DNA from: Spirochaetota bacterium
GTDB lineage: Bacteria > Spirochaetota > UBA4802 > UBA5550
Length of the DNA stretch: 64,000 bases
Direction: 5' to 3'
Assembly: GCA_963664815.2 (NCBI GenBank)
Contig: CAXXHB010000003.1
Coordinates: 2,592,001 to 2,656,000, forward strand
Shown: positions 20,294-30,404 of the stretch, piece by piece
How positions within the stretch are numbered: position 1 is the stretch's first letter
How the letters are laid out: every line of letters begins with the position of its first letter
Notes under the pieces: generated by a model
What the model was told of the DNA's origin: nothing
The model's input: the letters and a program-made list of their open reading frames with translations, nothing else
Database searches by the model: none
Position numbers and translations under genes: made by a program

Positions 20294-20887
20294 TTATTCA
20301 ACCACATCGCCTGTTTTATACTTAATCGTACGAAGAAGAGCTCTGACAGTTTCATTTGCCGCATCATTGAATGTATAGGATGACCGCGTAAATGAACCCG
20401 ACCACACCATCTCACCGGTTTGACATGAAATCATTCTTGCAGTAATCCCCACAGTCGACGTGCTCTCCATCCATGAAAAAATATACAGGAATGAAGTAAG
20501 ATTTTCATACGTCCGGTAATCGTGTATCGAACCAAATATAACATAATCAGCTCCAATTGCTTTCCCGGTTTCAATAATCCAGTTAGCCGGATATTCATGT
20601 TTGTTTAAAACGGCATAATCTATATTGGATGCGGTTTTCTCAATTTCAATTACTTTAATTCCTTTCAAAATTAGTCTTGATTCAAAAATACTTCTGACAA
20701 GCTCTCCTGAATTATTATTATTACCCTGCGTATTATTATAATCACGAAAAGGAAGCACTGCAATTTTAGTATTTTTTTTATCAATCGCGGTTTTATTTAA
20801 ATAAGAAGGATTGCTTACACATGAAAAAAATGTCAGCAATAAGATCACTGATATTATAGAACAACATTTCATATTCATATTCACCAC
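20294..20887 (-). CDS. Lipoprotein, CsgG/GNA1162(DUF799)-like TolB-N fold
   Basis: Lipobox FFSC; KIAVLPF...GADYVIFGSI...ARMISCQTGEMVWSG. Confidence 0.75.
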   Translation of the reverse strand: MVNMNMKCCSIISVILLLTFFSCVSNPSYLNKTAIDKKNTKIAVLPFRDYNNTQGNNNNSGELVRSIFESRLILKGIKVIEIEKTASNIDYAVLNKHEYPANWIIETGKAIGADYVIFGSIHDYRTYENLTSFLYIFSWMESTSTVGITARMISCQTGEMVWSGSFTRSSYTFNDAANETVRALLRTIKYKTGDVVE

Positions 20888-20905
20888 TTGATTTATTTTT
20901 TTACT

Positions 20906-21547
20906 CTAAAAGGATCTTCCCACGCCAATTTTTAAAAATATTACAATACCGCTGCTGGAAAATCCACTGCCGGTAGGAACATCTATTACCACATTCTGCC
21001 CCTTGGCACTGCTTATTATTTTCGCCCCAATTCCCCCCATAAGTTCGGGGCAGAAAAATGTATCATCACTAACTTCATAATCAAAGCCCACTGACAGTAC
21101 AGCATGAATAATGTATGAATCAACATCATCAATTGTTGCAAACTGAAGAAATGGGCCAGCTCCGAACCATGGGTTAATTCCATCCAGATTAAAATGTCTT
21201 AACACTGAAAAACCAACTTCATGCAGAGGTATCTGGCCATTTGTATCTTTAAAATCTCTCAGGTCATGATTTAATGAAGTAGGATAAAAAAACCAGTTAG
21301 TTCTGATTGCAATATAAGGGGTCAGCAGATAATCAAAAAACCATCCCGGAGCAGTAGCATAATTCCATGATACATTATTCTGCACAGTAATTGATCCGGA
21401 TTGAATAGCAAGGTAGGATGAAGCCCAGGATGATGTAACATTAAATCCAAGCATTCTTCGTTCAGCCGCATAAGAAACGTCAACAAAAGAAAAAATTGAG
21501 ATTAATATGAAAACACAGCAGATATATATCCACAAAAATTTCTTCAT
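20906..21547 (-). CDS. Probable outer-membrane beta-barrel protein
   Basis: Signal peptide, amphipathic beta strands (PWFGAG, LSVGFDY) and a C-terminal Phe. Confidence 0.65.
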   Translation of the reverse strand: MKKFLWIYICCVFILISIFSFVDVSYAAERRMLGFNVTSSWASSYLAIQSGSITVQNNVSWNYATAPGWFFDYLLTPYIAIRTNWFFYPTSLNHDLRDFKDTNGQIPLHEVGFSVLRHFNLDGINPWFGAGPFLQFATIDDVDSYIIHAVLSVGFDYEVSDDTFFCPELMGGIGAKIISSAKGQNVVIDVPTGSGFSSSGIVIFLKIGVGRSF

Positions 21548-21569
21548 ATCAAAAGGCGCCGGCCATAAA

Positions 21570-21911
21570 TTAATACTTTTTTCTTTCCCGGTTATGATTA
21601 AGCCGGTTCATCACATATAAGGCAGCATAAGCCCCTATAAAACCGGTAATCAGATTTACTCCAATACCTTCTGATAAATATAATAAAACTGCAACTGTTT
21701 TATCATAAAAGATACGATCCAGAACATATCCGCCAATTACTGCACCAATTACGCCAACAGCAAGGCCTCCTATATAACCACCAAAGAGATCCCGTTTTTT
21801 AAAATTATAAAAGATAAAAGCAACCATTGCTCCAAGTCCGATATATAAAACAATTATTTTTACTACTCTTAGAAAGCCAAGCAATCCCTCAGACATTTGC
21901 CACCTCACCAT
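21570..21911 (-). CDS. Small Gly-rich membrane protein (GlsB/YeaQ/YmgE-like)
   Basis: Three TM segments; VGVIGAVIGG and GFIGA motifs. Confidence 0.7.
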   Translation of the reverse strand: MVRWQMSEGLLGFLRVVKIIVLYIGLGAMVAFIFYNFKKRDLFGGYIGGLAVGVIGAVIGGYVLDRIFYDKTVAVLLYLSEGIGVNLITGFIGAYAALYVMNRLNHNRERKKY

Positions 21912-21948
21912 TATTTAATCATATATACAGATAAACTCAGCACGTAAT

Positions 21949-22557
21949 TCATGTAAAGAAAATTTCTCCTTTCCCTTCTCTTATTATTCTGAATGTATCT
22001 TCAGTCATATCTATTATAGTTGATGGGGATGATTCTTTCGGTCCGCAGTCAATTACAAGGTCTACCTCATTTCTGTATATTTTTTCAAGATCTTTAGGTT
22101 CAACTATATATTCTCCACTTATGTTACTGACACTTGTTGCGAGAAGTGGTCTTCCCAGCTCTTTAACAATTTCAATAGCTATATTATTATCCGGTATCCT
22201 CACTCCGACTGTTTTCTGATTAGTTTGCACTATTCTTGGAACAAGTTTTGATGCCTTGAATATAAATGTATAGGGACCAGGGAGAGCTTTTTTCATAATC
22301 TTATAAGCATCATCTGAAATATTTCGGGCATAATCGTTCATCTCCGATATTTCTGTAAAAATAAAACTTAGTGGTTTATGTTTTTCCATTTTTTTTAACC
22401 GGTAAATTCTCTCAATTGCTCTTTTATCTTTATAGTCACACCCGTAGGCATAAACAGTATCCGTAGGAAAAACAATAACGCCCCCTTCTTCCAGTATTTC
22501 TATTGTCTTTTTTATAAGCCTTGATTGAGGATTTTTCTCATTTATCACAAAAATCAT
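21949..22557 (-). CDS. Sua5/YrdC/YciO family protein (threonylcarbamoyl-AMP synthase-like)
   Basis: PTDTVYAYGC, LPGPYTFI, VGVRIP and PSTIID...REGKG motifs. Confidence 0.92.
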   Translation of the reverse strand: MIFVINEKNPQSRLIKKTIEILEEGGVIVFPTDTVYAYGCDYKDKRAIERIYRLKKMEKHKPLSFIFTEISEMNDYARNISDDAYKIMKKALPGPYTFIFKASKLVPRIVQTNQKTVGVRIPDNNIAIEIVKELGRPLLATSVSNISGEYIVEPKDLEKIYRNEVDLVIDCGPKESSPSTIIDMTEDTFRIIREGKGEIFFT

Positions 22558-22679
22558 ATTAAACCACTTATTAATAACATAAACAGATTATGTAACATTT
22601 ATCAACAATAATATTACTGAGCTACCTTTAAAACACATTTTTTCAGGGAGGATAAAGAATAATAATCTCCGTAAATTAA

Positions 22680-22717
22680 AAAGGCTTTTGCGGATAGCGC
22701 AATCCGCAAAAGCCTTT
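22680..22717 (-). terminator. Terminator-like hairpin in a divergent intergenic region
   Basis: 16-bp IR aaaggcttttgcggat-N6-atccgcaaaagccttt with a U-run on the minus strand. Confidence 0.55.
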
Positions 22718-22913
22718 AACCTGGTAAAATTACATGTAGGAGTGTAATTTATTATCAATCACTTATTTTATCGACACATATGCCGGATGCATTAATATTT
22801 TTTTTAAATTTATGAAAAATAAATGGATTCCGATTAAAATATTTGACTAAAAGAAATATCACAATATCTCTAATTATATCTGTATTTAATATCGTTATAT
22901 CAGGATTTCAATA

Positions 22914-23294
22914 ATGAACAAATATCTTATAAACATAATGCTTCTGTTTTTATTATCCCTTTTATCCTGCGAACCGAGATCTTTAATTATCTTTGAGGAT
23001 ACAATCCATGATTTTGGCAGGATAAAAACAGAAACATCTGTTAAGCATACTTTCAATTTTAAAAATGCCGGTAATGGAATTCTCTATATTGAAAGAATTA
23101 AAACGAGTTGAGGCTGCACTGGAACTCTCCTTTCTGATAAGGAGATCCCTGCCGGCGGCAGCGGACAACTTGAAATTGAATTTCATTCTGATATGAAAAC
23201 CGGAGACATGTCACGATCAATATATGTTTACACTAATGATCCGGATCACCAGATGATTAAAATAATTATTAAAGCTACTGTGGTAAATGATTAA
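22914..23294 (+). CDS. DUF1573-domain lipoprotein with in-frame TGA (23109-23111) at the Cys position of SCGC; probable selenoprotein, 126 aa
   Basis: Lipobox LLSC; HDFGRI...HTFNFKNAGNGILYIERIKTS-TGA-GCTGTLLSDKEIPAGGSGQLEIEF...IYVYTNDP...KATVVND-TAA. The frame stays open to 23294. Confidence 0.8.
23112..23153 (+). promoter_or_regulatory. SECIS-like hairpin immediately 3' of the in-frame TGA
   Basis: Upper stem tctcctt-tctgat-aaggaga (23126-23145); lower pairing gca..gga / tcc..tgc. Confidence 0.45.
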
Positions 23295-25419
23295 ATATGA
23301 AAATCTGAGAACAGTGCCAGGGCTCCCCTATCCCTTCGGCGCCAACATAATGAATGACGGAGTTCAGTTTGCCATATTCAGCAGACATGCAACATCAGTA
23401 AAACTTCTTTTATTCCATTCCCCGGATCAATTTGCGGAATATACCCCCTTTGACCTTGATCCCGTATTTAATAAAACTGGTGATATCTGGCATATATGGA
23501 TTGAAGGAATTGGATCAGGACAGGTTTACGGATATATAATAGACGGTGAATATAGCACATCAAAAGGTCACAGATTTAATAAACATAAACTGCTGATAGA
23601 TCCTTACACCCGCGCCCTGACAGGCAATTACAAATGGGATTTAACAAAAGCACGCGGTATTATGCTCGATTCTGAAAATGAAGCAGATTCTTTTTCGACT
23701 GAAGAAAGTATTCATTATGCTCCCAGGTGCATGGTTTTAAATGGAAGAAGTGAAATCCGCAGAAATCCTATCAGAATCCCGGAAAATGACCTTGTAATTT
23801 ATGAACTGCATGTCAGAGGATTCACGGCGGATAAATCATCCGGCGTATCGGCGGCAGGCACTTTTAAAGGACTTACTGAAAAAATACCATACCTTGTTGA
23901 ACTCGGCATAAATACTGTTGAACTGCTCCCTATTCATGAATTTGATGAATTTGAAAATATAAACATAAATCCACTAACAGGTGAAAGACTTAAAAACTTC
24001 TGGGGATACAGCACTATTGCTTTTTTTGCACCTAAAGCAAATTATTCAGCAAGCGGAAAAACAGGGGAACAGGTTCAGGAATTCCGCGACATGGTCAGAC
24101 AGTTCAACGATGCTGGTATCGAGGTTATTCTCGATGTTGTATTTAATCATACTCACGAAGGAGACCACAAGGGACCGACTCTTTCATTCCGTGGTATAGA
24201 TAATTCAATCTACTACATTCTTGATTCGGATAAATCGAAATATAAAAACTTTTCAGGATGCGGCAATACCGTAAACTGCAACCATCCCCATGTGAGACAG
24301 CTGATTGTGGATTCACTTCGCTACTGGTTTATTGAAATGGATGTAGATGGTTTCCGGTTTGACCTGGCTTCAATTCTCGGAAGAGACCAGAATGGCGAAA
24401 TGCTCAGCAACCCTCCGCTCATAGAATGGATTGAAGAAGACCCTATTCTGAGAAACGCCAAAATAATTGCCGAGGCATGGGATGCAGGTGGAGCCTATCA
24501 GGTTGGAAAATTTCCCGGAAGATGGGCTGAATGGAACGGCAGGTTCAGGGATGACGTAAGAAAATTCTGGAGAGGAGATAAAAATTCGAAGGGAGCTTTT
24601 GCAACACGGATAACCGGAAGTTCAGATCTGTACTCAACGACCACTCCATGCAGAAGTATCAACTTTATCACATGTCATGATGGATTCACCCTTAACGATC
24701 TCGTGAGTTTTAACAATAAAAACAATATAGAAAATGGCGAAAATAACTGTGACGGAGAAAATAACAATTACAGTTTTAACTGCGGCGTAGAGGGACTCTA
24801 TGCACCTCCGGATATTGAGAGATTAAGAATCAAAATGATTAAAAACCTTATTGCCACTCTTTTCCTTTCTCTTGGAGTTCCAATGATCCTGTCGGGAGAT
24901 GAATTCAGAAGAACACAGAAAGGCAATAATAACTCATATTGTCAGGATAATGAAATATCATGGATAAACTGGGACTTACTGGATATTAACAGAGAGATTT
25001 TTGAATTCACAAAAAATATGATTGAATTCCGTAAAAAACATCCTGTTCTGAGATCTACCATATTTTTTACCGGTGAAAAATGTGAAAATTATCTCACTGA
25101 GGACATTTCCTGGCATGGAACAGAGATTTTAAAACCCGGGTGGGATGATGATGAACCGGTTATTGCTGCTCTGATAAATGGACAGTTTGCTGAAGAATCG
25201 TCATACAGCAGGGATTCAGATTTTTACCTGATTTTTAATGCTTCTGAAAATGACCTGACATTCACTCTGCCGGAATCTCCATCAGGCAGAGTATGGAGAA
25301 TTTCCATTGATACAAACGGGATAAATGGATGCGATATTTACGGCGATGATGAGGAAAACTATATAACATCTGATTCGCTTGTCGTAATAAAAAAAACAGC
25401 GATAGTTCTTACCGCTTGA
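23287..25419 (+). CDS. glgX: Glycogen debranching enzyme (isoamylase, GH13)
   Basis: IYELHVRGF, NFWGYST, DVVFNH, DGFRFDLA, AEAWD and CHDGFTLND motifs. Confidence 0.96.
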   Translation: MIKYENLRTVPGLPYPFGANIMNDGVQFAIFSRHATSVKLLLFHSPDQFAEYTPFDLDPVFNKTGDIWHIWIEGIGSGQVYGYIIDGEYSTSKGHRFNKHKLLIDPYTRALTGNYKWDLTKARGIMLDSENEADSFSTEESIHYAPRCMVLNGRSEIRRNPIRIPENDLVIYELHVRGFTADKSSGVSAAGTFKGLTEKIPYLVELGINTVELLPIHEFDEFENININPLTGERLKNFWGYSTIAFFAPKANYSASGKTGEQVQEFRDMVRQFNDAGIEVILDVVFNHTHEGDHKGPTLSFRGIDNSIYYILDSDKSKYKNFSGCGNTVNCNHPHVRQLIVDSLRYWFIEMDVDGFRFDLASILGRDQNGEMLSNPPLIEWIEEDPILRNAKIIAEAWDAGGAYQVGKFPGRWAEWNGRFRDDVRKFWRGDKNSKGAFATRITGSSDLYSTTTPCRSINFITCHDGFTLNDLVSFNNKNNIENGENNCDGENNNYSFNCGVEGLYAPPDIERLRIKMIKNLIATLFLSLGVPMILSGDEFRRTQKGNNNSYCQDNEISWINWDLLDINREIFEFTKNMIEFRKKHPVLRSTIFFTGEKCENYLTEDISWHGTEILKPGWDDDEPVIAALINGQFAEESSYSRDSDFYLIFNASENDLTFTLPESPSGRVWRISIDTNGINGCDIYGDDEENYITSDSLVVIKKTAIVLTA

Positions 25420-25626
25420 CATTAAAATTTTTCACAATACTCTAGTTATTTATTTATCTTTACCACAGGATGATTATAACTATTTCTGTATCAACAATAA
25501 TTAATTGCCTTTTGTGGCCCCGCTTGGGAGAAAACCTCTATATGCCCGTTTTAAATGCTTAAATTATGTTTTCAATAAAAGAAACAGAAATCAAAAAGAA
25601 TCATTTAACAAACATCTTTTTTTTAC

Positions 25627-25839
25627 TTATACTCCCGCTTTCTGATTCAATTCTTCAACAAGCTTTTTTACAGCTGTGTTATCCATTCCATGAGCTTTCA
25701 TTCCCTGCTCTATTGTCTCTGTAACACTTAGATGACAACCAATACAATGCAGCCCATAGTTGCCAAGAACGGGAGCTGTATCCGGATATAAATTAATCAG
25801 TTCACCAAATGTCATATCTTTTGTTATTTTCTGTCCCAT
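25627..25839 (-). CDS. DUF1858 / hybrid-cluster-associated redox disulfide domain protein
   Basis: ITKDMT...YP...GLHCIGC...ETIEQG..AHG; GAGG RBS. Confidence 0.88.
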   Translation of the reverse strand: MGQKITKDMTFGELINLYPDTAPVLGNYGLHCIGCHLSVTETIEQGMKAHGMDNTAVKKLVEELNQKAGV

Positions 25840-26366
25840 CTTATTTATCCTCTCAATATCATTTTATTAATTATTCCGTTACATCGTTGAATTAAATATA
25901 AAACACTTAATTTCACCTCAATAATACGGCAACAGGCAAATTACTGTTTTTATAGTTAATAAATTCCGGTGTTCTATATTTCACCTTTCATTTCAAGAGA
26001 TACATCTTAAATAGCTTTATGGTAATGTAAAAAATTTGTCTTTGCAAAATTTGATAATATAATCTATCATGTCTATAATTTTTTTAATTTAATAATTTTT
26101 TTTAATACGATAACTAAAACCTGATTTCTGTTAAAAAGCAGCGATATATTATTATTTATAATCAGCTTCATTTAATGCTTTCCCAGGTTTTGTTTTTCAT
26201 TATAACGTCTTTTTACATCAACTGCGTGAGTTGATTTACAATGATAATCATTAATATAAATTATCGATGAAATCAGATTGAGTCTATCAATAGGTATTAT
26301 TATTGAATACAAAATCAAGGATTATACCGAAAATATCATTATACAAAAAGGCAAATAACTGAAAAA

Positions 26367-28967
26367 ATGAATATAATACTTATAATAATACTTATCACTA
26401 TATTGATGATTCTTTCATGGGCTATTTTCAGTAACAAAACCGATACATCCATTGCGATTAAACCAGAGCCTGAAAAACCTTTAACTGAAGAGCCCGAAAA
26501 GATACTCAGAAGACGTTCGGCTGACAGGGAAATTGAAAAAGAATTTCCTGCGGGGAAAATCAGCCCCGACTCTTCAATAGAAACCTCACATGACAGAGAT
26601 GAAGTATCCGGACAGATTCAGCTACCTTTCCCTACCAGTGAAATTATTCCTGACGGTTCAAGATTCAAATTATATAAACGAGCCCTTATTAACTCTGAAA
26701 TTTATGCCCGCAGAGGCGATATTGAAACCGCAGTTTCTCTTTTTAAGGGAGTTAAAGATCGTATCCTCGATAGTGATATCAGAAGTAAAATTGAAAGTAA
26801 TATTAATTACCTGAATCATTACAGACAGAGAAGAGATGAGGATTTCAAAAAAAGAGTCGACTCTGCCTATTCAGGACAGCAACCATCAGAATTACGTCTT
26901 AAAATAGACGGTCCTGTCCCTCAAACTATAAACATTGGGCTCCCGGAAAAAAGCATAATAAATACCGACGAAATAATACAAAAGCTTTCCGAACAGATCT
27001 CCAGGGAACTTGGCACAATTAAAAATGAAATCGAAACACTTAAATCAAGGCCTGAAGAAAGGTTTAATCTTGATAATTATGCCGAATTCTCAAACCTTCA
27101 ACACAAGTTTAACACACTGAAAGAACGGTTTGATGAGGTTACGAATGACCGTATTAATACACTTAATGAGATAAACAAATTTCACCGTTTAAATGCAGAG
27201 GAACTTGAAAAAAACAGGGAAAGTGATCATACGCCAGAAACCCGGCAGATACTGAAAGAAATTAAAAAAGAGATAGATAATCTTTCAGATTTAAGGCATT
27301 CCCTGAACAGTCTGCATAATAAAATTGAAGATATGTCAAACTTCAATATTCCTGAATCAAAAACTCAGCCAACAATCATCCAGGCAAAATATGATTCACC
27401 TATACCGATACATTTTGATCCGAAACCGGTTCTTGAACTTCTCGACCGCATAAATCAGCAGAAAAAAGAGGAAAAACCCGAAACACCACCTCCGAAACCG
27501 GAAAAGTCATTTTTTAAAGAACCTGAACCGTTTGAAGAAGTAAAAACTGATGAGCTTACTTACGATGAACTTGATGAAATTCACGAGGAAATCCCCATTG
27601 ACGATGAGATTCATGAAGAGGAATTAATTTTTGATGTTCCTGCTCAGGAGGAAATGCCGGGAACTGAAATCGTTGAAGATATACCTGAAAAAGAAGCTCC
27701 GGCTGAAAATGTAACAATAGACGATTTTACTTATGATGAACTTGATGAAATTCGCGAGGAAATCCCCATTGACGATGAGATTCATGAAGAGGAATTAATT
27801 TTTGATGTTCCTGTTCAGGAGGAGATGCCTGAAGCTGAAATCATTGAAGATATACCTGATGAAGAAACTCCGGCTGAAAATGTAACAATAGACGATCTCA
27901 CATACGAAGAACTTGATGATATCCATGAGGAATTTCCTTCTGAAGAAGTACCTGAATCTGCTGAAGAACTTTTTCCTATAGAGAAAATACCCATAGAAGA
28001 AACAGCCGAAGTCGATGAAGAACCTGAAAAGGGAGCTGAAGACTTAACCGTAAATGCCGATCTGACAGATGATGACATATCAATCGATGATCTCACAACC
28101 CTTGAAGCGGAAGAATTGATAAATGAAATTTCTCCAGAAACTGAAGATCATATAGTACCTGAAGCCCCTCTGTTTGAAGAACCGGTTGAAACTGCTGAAA
28201 ATGAAAATTATCCGGATATAGAACATGAAATAGAAAGTGAAGATGATTTAATTAATGATTTATCCGACGATGAAATAAATAAATTTTCCAGGGAAGATGA
28301 AGCGGGAATACCGGAAACCATTACTGAACCCAAAAAACCGGTTCCCGAAGAAAAAACAAAAGACAAGACTACGGCTGATGAAATTCTTAAAACTGAAAAA
28401 GAAAAAGAGATCGAAAAGCATACAGACGCCGAGGAAGATCCCAATGATTTTGATCTGTTGAGCGATATCGGAAAAATTAAAGACGACAGCACGCTAACCG
28501 ATGAAGACATATTTGAAAAAATTCTGAAGGATGATAAAAATAAAAACGACGACTCCGCTTTCGAAATTTTAGGGGATATGCATAAAGATGACCAGGAAAT
28601 AAGCTTTAACGATTCAATCCTGGATGGTAAAATGAAAGCCGAACAGGACTTCTATAAAAAATTCATTAAAGCAGACAGAATAAAAAAGAAAGAACTACCA
28701 ATTTTAAAAGTAAGCTATGATTTTAAAAAACTTCCCGATCAGTTCAGTCTTTCACGGGAAAAAAATATTCTGGAGTATTCCTTTTATAAATATAAGCCAA
28801 TGCTTCAGAAAGCCGACGAATATATTAAACACAGACATGTAAAAGATGCCATTAACTACTATAAAGTTGTGCTTGACCAGAATATCCCGATTGAGTTTAA
28901 AGCAATGATAAAAAAGAATATACGGGACCTTACAGAATACCTTGAAAAATATTTAAGCTCTGATTAA
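26367..28967 (+). CDS. Membrane-anchored protein with coiled coil, long acidic disordered region and C-terminal TPR-like domain
   Basis: N-terminal TM; D/E-rich residues ~380-760; helical C-terminus KADEYIKHRHVKDAINYYKVVL. Confidence 0.85.
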   Translation: MNIILIIILITILMILSWAIFSNKTDTSIAIKPEPEKPLTEEPEKILRRRSADREIEKEFPAGKISPDSSIETSHDRDEVSGQIQLPFPTSEIIPDGSRFKLYKRALINSEIYARRGDIETAVSLFKGVKDRILDSDIRSKIESNINYLNHYRQRRDEDFKKRVDSAYSGQQPSELRLKIDGPVPQTINIGLPEKSIINTDEIIQKLSEQISRELGTIKNEIETLKSRPEERFNLDNYAEFSNLQHKFNTLKERFDEVTNDRINTLNEINKFHRLNAEELEKNRESDHTPETRQILKEIKKEIDNLSDLRHSLNSLHNKIEDMSNFNIPESKTQPTIIQAKYDSPIPIHFDPKPVLELLDRINQQKKEEKPETPPPKPEKSFFKEPEPFEEVKTDELTYDELDEIHEEIPIDDEIHEEELIFDVPAQEEMPGTEIVEDIPEKEAPAENVTIDDFTYDELDEIREEIPIDDEIHEEELIFDVPVQEEMPEAEIIEDIPDEETPAENVTIDDLTYEELDDIHEEFPSEEVPESAEELFPIEKIPIEETAEVDEEPEKGAEDLTVNADLTDDDISIDDLTTLEAEELINEISPETEDHIVPEAPLFEEPVETAENENYPDIEHEIESEDDLINDLSDDEINKFSREDEAGIPETITEPKKPVPEEKTKDKTTADEILKTEKEKEIEKHTDAEEDPNDFDLLSDIGKIKDDSTLTDEDIFEKILKDDKNKNDDSAFEILGDMHKDDQEISFNDSILDGKMKAEQDFYKKFIKADRIKKKELPILKVSYDFKKLPDQFSLSREKNILEYSFYKYKPMLQKADEYIKHRHVKDAINYYKVVLDQNIPIEFKAMIKKNIRDLTEYLEKYLSSD
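27558..27935 (+). repeat. In-frame 171-bp (57-aa) tandem repeat, ~2.2 copies
   Basis: Units start at 27558, 27729 and 27900 (TYDELDEIHEEIPIDDEIHEEELIFDVP...AENVTIDD). Confidence 0.92.
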
Positions 28968-29068
28968 TTTTTTTTGTAACATTGTTAAAAAAAAATAAGC
29001 TTATACAGGTTAGTTAAGTTTTTTTAATTTTATTTACATCTACAAATACTAAAAAACAAAGGAAATAC

Positions 29069-30292
29069 ATGAACATTTTTGATTTAATAATATTTTTTGC
29101 TATATATTCTTTTACAGGATGGATTATCGAGGTAATTTACAGATCCTATACCATGAAAAAACTTATTAATCCCGGTTTCCTTTTTGGCCCGTTTATACCG
29201 GTGTATGGTATTGGAGGTGTTTTTGTTATGTTCCTGCAGATGTATATCTCACCTTTTAATCTGATTGTACAGTTTATTATTTATACAATTGTTCTATCAG
29301 CTATTGAATATACTACTGGTGAAGTTTTTGAACATTTTTTTAAACTTAAACTCTGGGATTATTCAGATACCAGATTTAACCTGAACGGGAAAATAAGCCT
29401 TATATTTTCTCTCGGCTGGGGTACTCTTGCAGTCGGATTTTCACATTTTATTCATCCCTTTCTATCTTCAATTGTTCATAAAATGAATTTTCATCAAACT
29501 ATGATTATCTCCTCATGCTTTACGGCATATTTTATTACCGATACTGTTTATTCAGTTGCATCACTCAACAGATTCCGGAGAGATATCGCTTATTTATATG
29601 AAAAGTATTCCACCCTGAGTAATCTTGAAGTTCAGAAAATAATATCCTCATTTAAAAGAATCCTTAATGCTTTCCCTCATTTGAATGAGCATCTGAACAG
29701 AAATCTAAGTGAAAATCTCAAATTAAAGGTCAGCAATATGAAATTAAAACTTTCTGATACAATAGATACTATTATAAATAACAGAAAACCGGCCGAGCAG
29801 GAGTATATCAATATTGTATCTGACATACTTGAGCACGATGTGTTCAGGGAACTTCAGAACTTCTTTCATCACAATTCATCAATATATGATCATGCGAAAA
29901 TTGTTTCTTATGTTTCATACAGGATCTGCAAATTTCTCAATCTCGATTACAGATCTGCTGCACGGGGAGGTCTGCTCCACGATTTTTTTCTCTATGACTG
30001 GAGAGATCACCATGAACCGGATCTTGCAAAAGAAAAATACCACGGAATGGAGCACCCGAAAATTGCGCTTAACAACTCTCTAAAACACTTCCCCCTTAAT
30101 GATATTGAGAAGGATATTATAGTAAAACATATGTGGCCTCTGACGCTTGTGCCTCCGAAATACCAGGAATCCTTTGTTGTAACTTTCACTGATAAATATA
30201 TCTCTTCAAGAGAGTTTATTGAAGAATTCAGGAAAAAACAGAGTGCAAAAATTGAAAAAATTAAAAAGAAAAACAGATTAGAAAGAGCCTGA
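29069..30292 (+). CDS. Fusion of a CmpB/DUF1113-type putative permease domain and an HD phosphohydrolase domain
   Basis: YSFTGWIIE...NPGFLFGPFIPVYG...WDYS...NLNGKISL, then HH...H...RGGLLHDFFLYDW...HP...KHMWP...DK. Confidence 0.85.
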   Translation: MNIFDLIIFFAIYSFTGWIIEVIYRSYTMKKLINPGFLFGPFIPVYGIGGVFVMFLQMYISPFNLIVQFIIYTIVLSAIEYTTGEVFEHFFKLKLWDYSDTRFNLNGKISLIFSLGWGTLAVGFSHFIHPFLSSIVHKMNFHQTMIISSCFTAYFITDTVYSVASLNRFRRDIAYLYEKYSTLSNLEVQKIISSFKRILNAFPHLNEHLNRNLSENLKLKVSNMKLKLSDTIDTIINNRKPAEQEYINIVSDILEHDVFRELQNFFHHNSSIYDHAKIVSYVSYRICKFLNLDYRSAARGGLLHDFFLYDWRDHHEPDLAKEKYHGMEHPKIALNNSLKHFPLNDIEKDIIVKHMWPLTLVPPKYQESFVVTFTDKYISSREFIEEFRKKQSAKIEKIKKKNRLERA

Positions 30293-30328
30293 ATTTAAGG
30301 TGTCAGTTCAGATTCCATCATTAATCGG

Positions 30329-30367
30329 ATATTATTTCTCTCTTCTGCATGAAGAGAGAAATAATAT
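30329..30367. terminator. Hairpin between convergent genes, probable bidirectional terminator
   Basis: atattatttctctcttc-tgcat-gaagagagaaataatat. Confidence 0.7.
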
Positions 30368-30404
30368 TTATTAACCAATCCGGAATCCCCGCAAAGATGA
30401 GGTT

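Noticed and set aside
22914-23111. A complete 65-aa protein, or a simple pseudogene
   Set aside because: The TGA falls exactly on the motif Cys and the frame continues intact, so recoding is more parsimonious. A nonsense mutation is not excluded.
27558-27935. Tandem repeat as a CRISPR-like array
   Set aside because: The units are 171 bp, in frame, have no spacers and lie inside a CDS.
30329-30367. Fifth copy of the 120-bp repeat
   Set aside because: Similarity is limited to the AT-rich base of the stem; the arms and terminal IRs do not align, so it is treated as a terminator.
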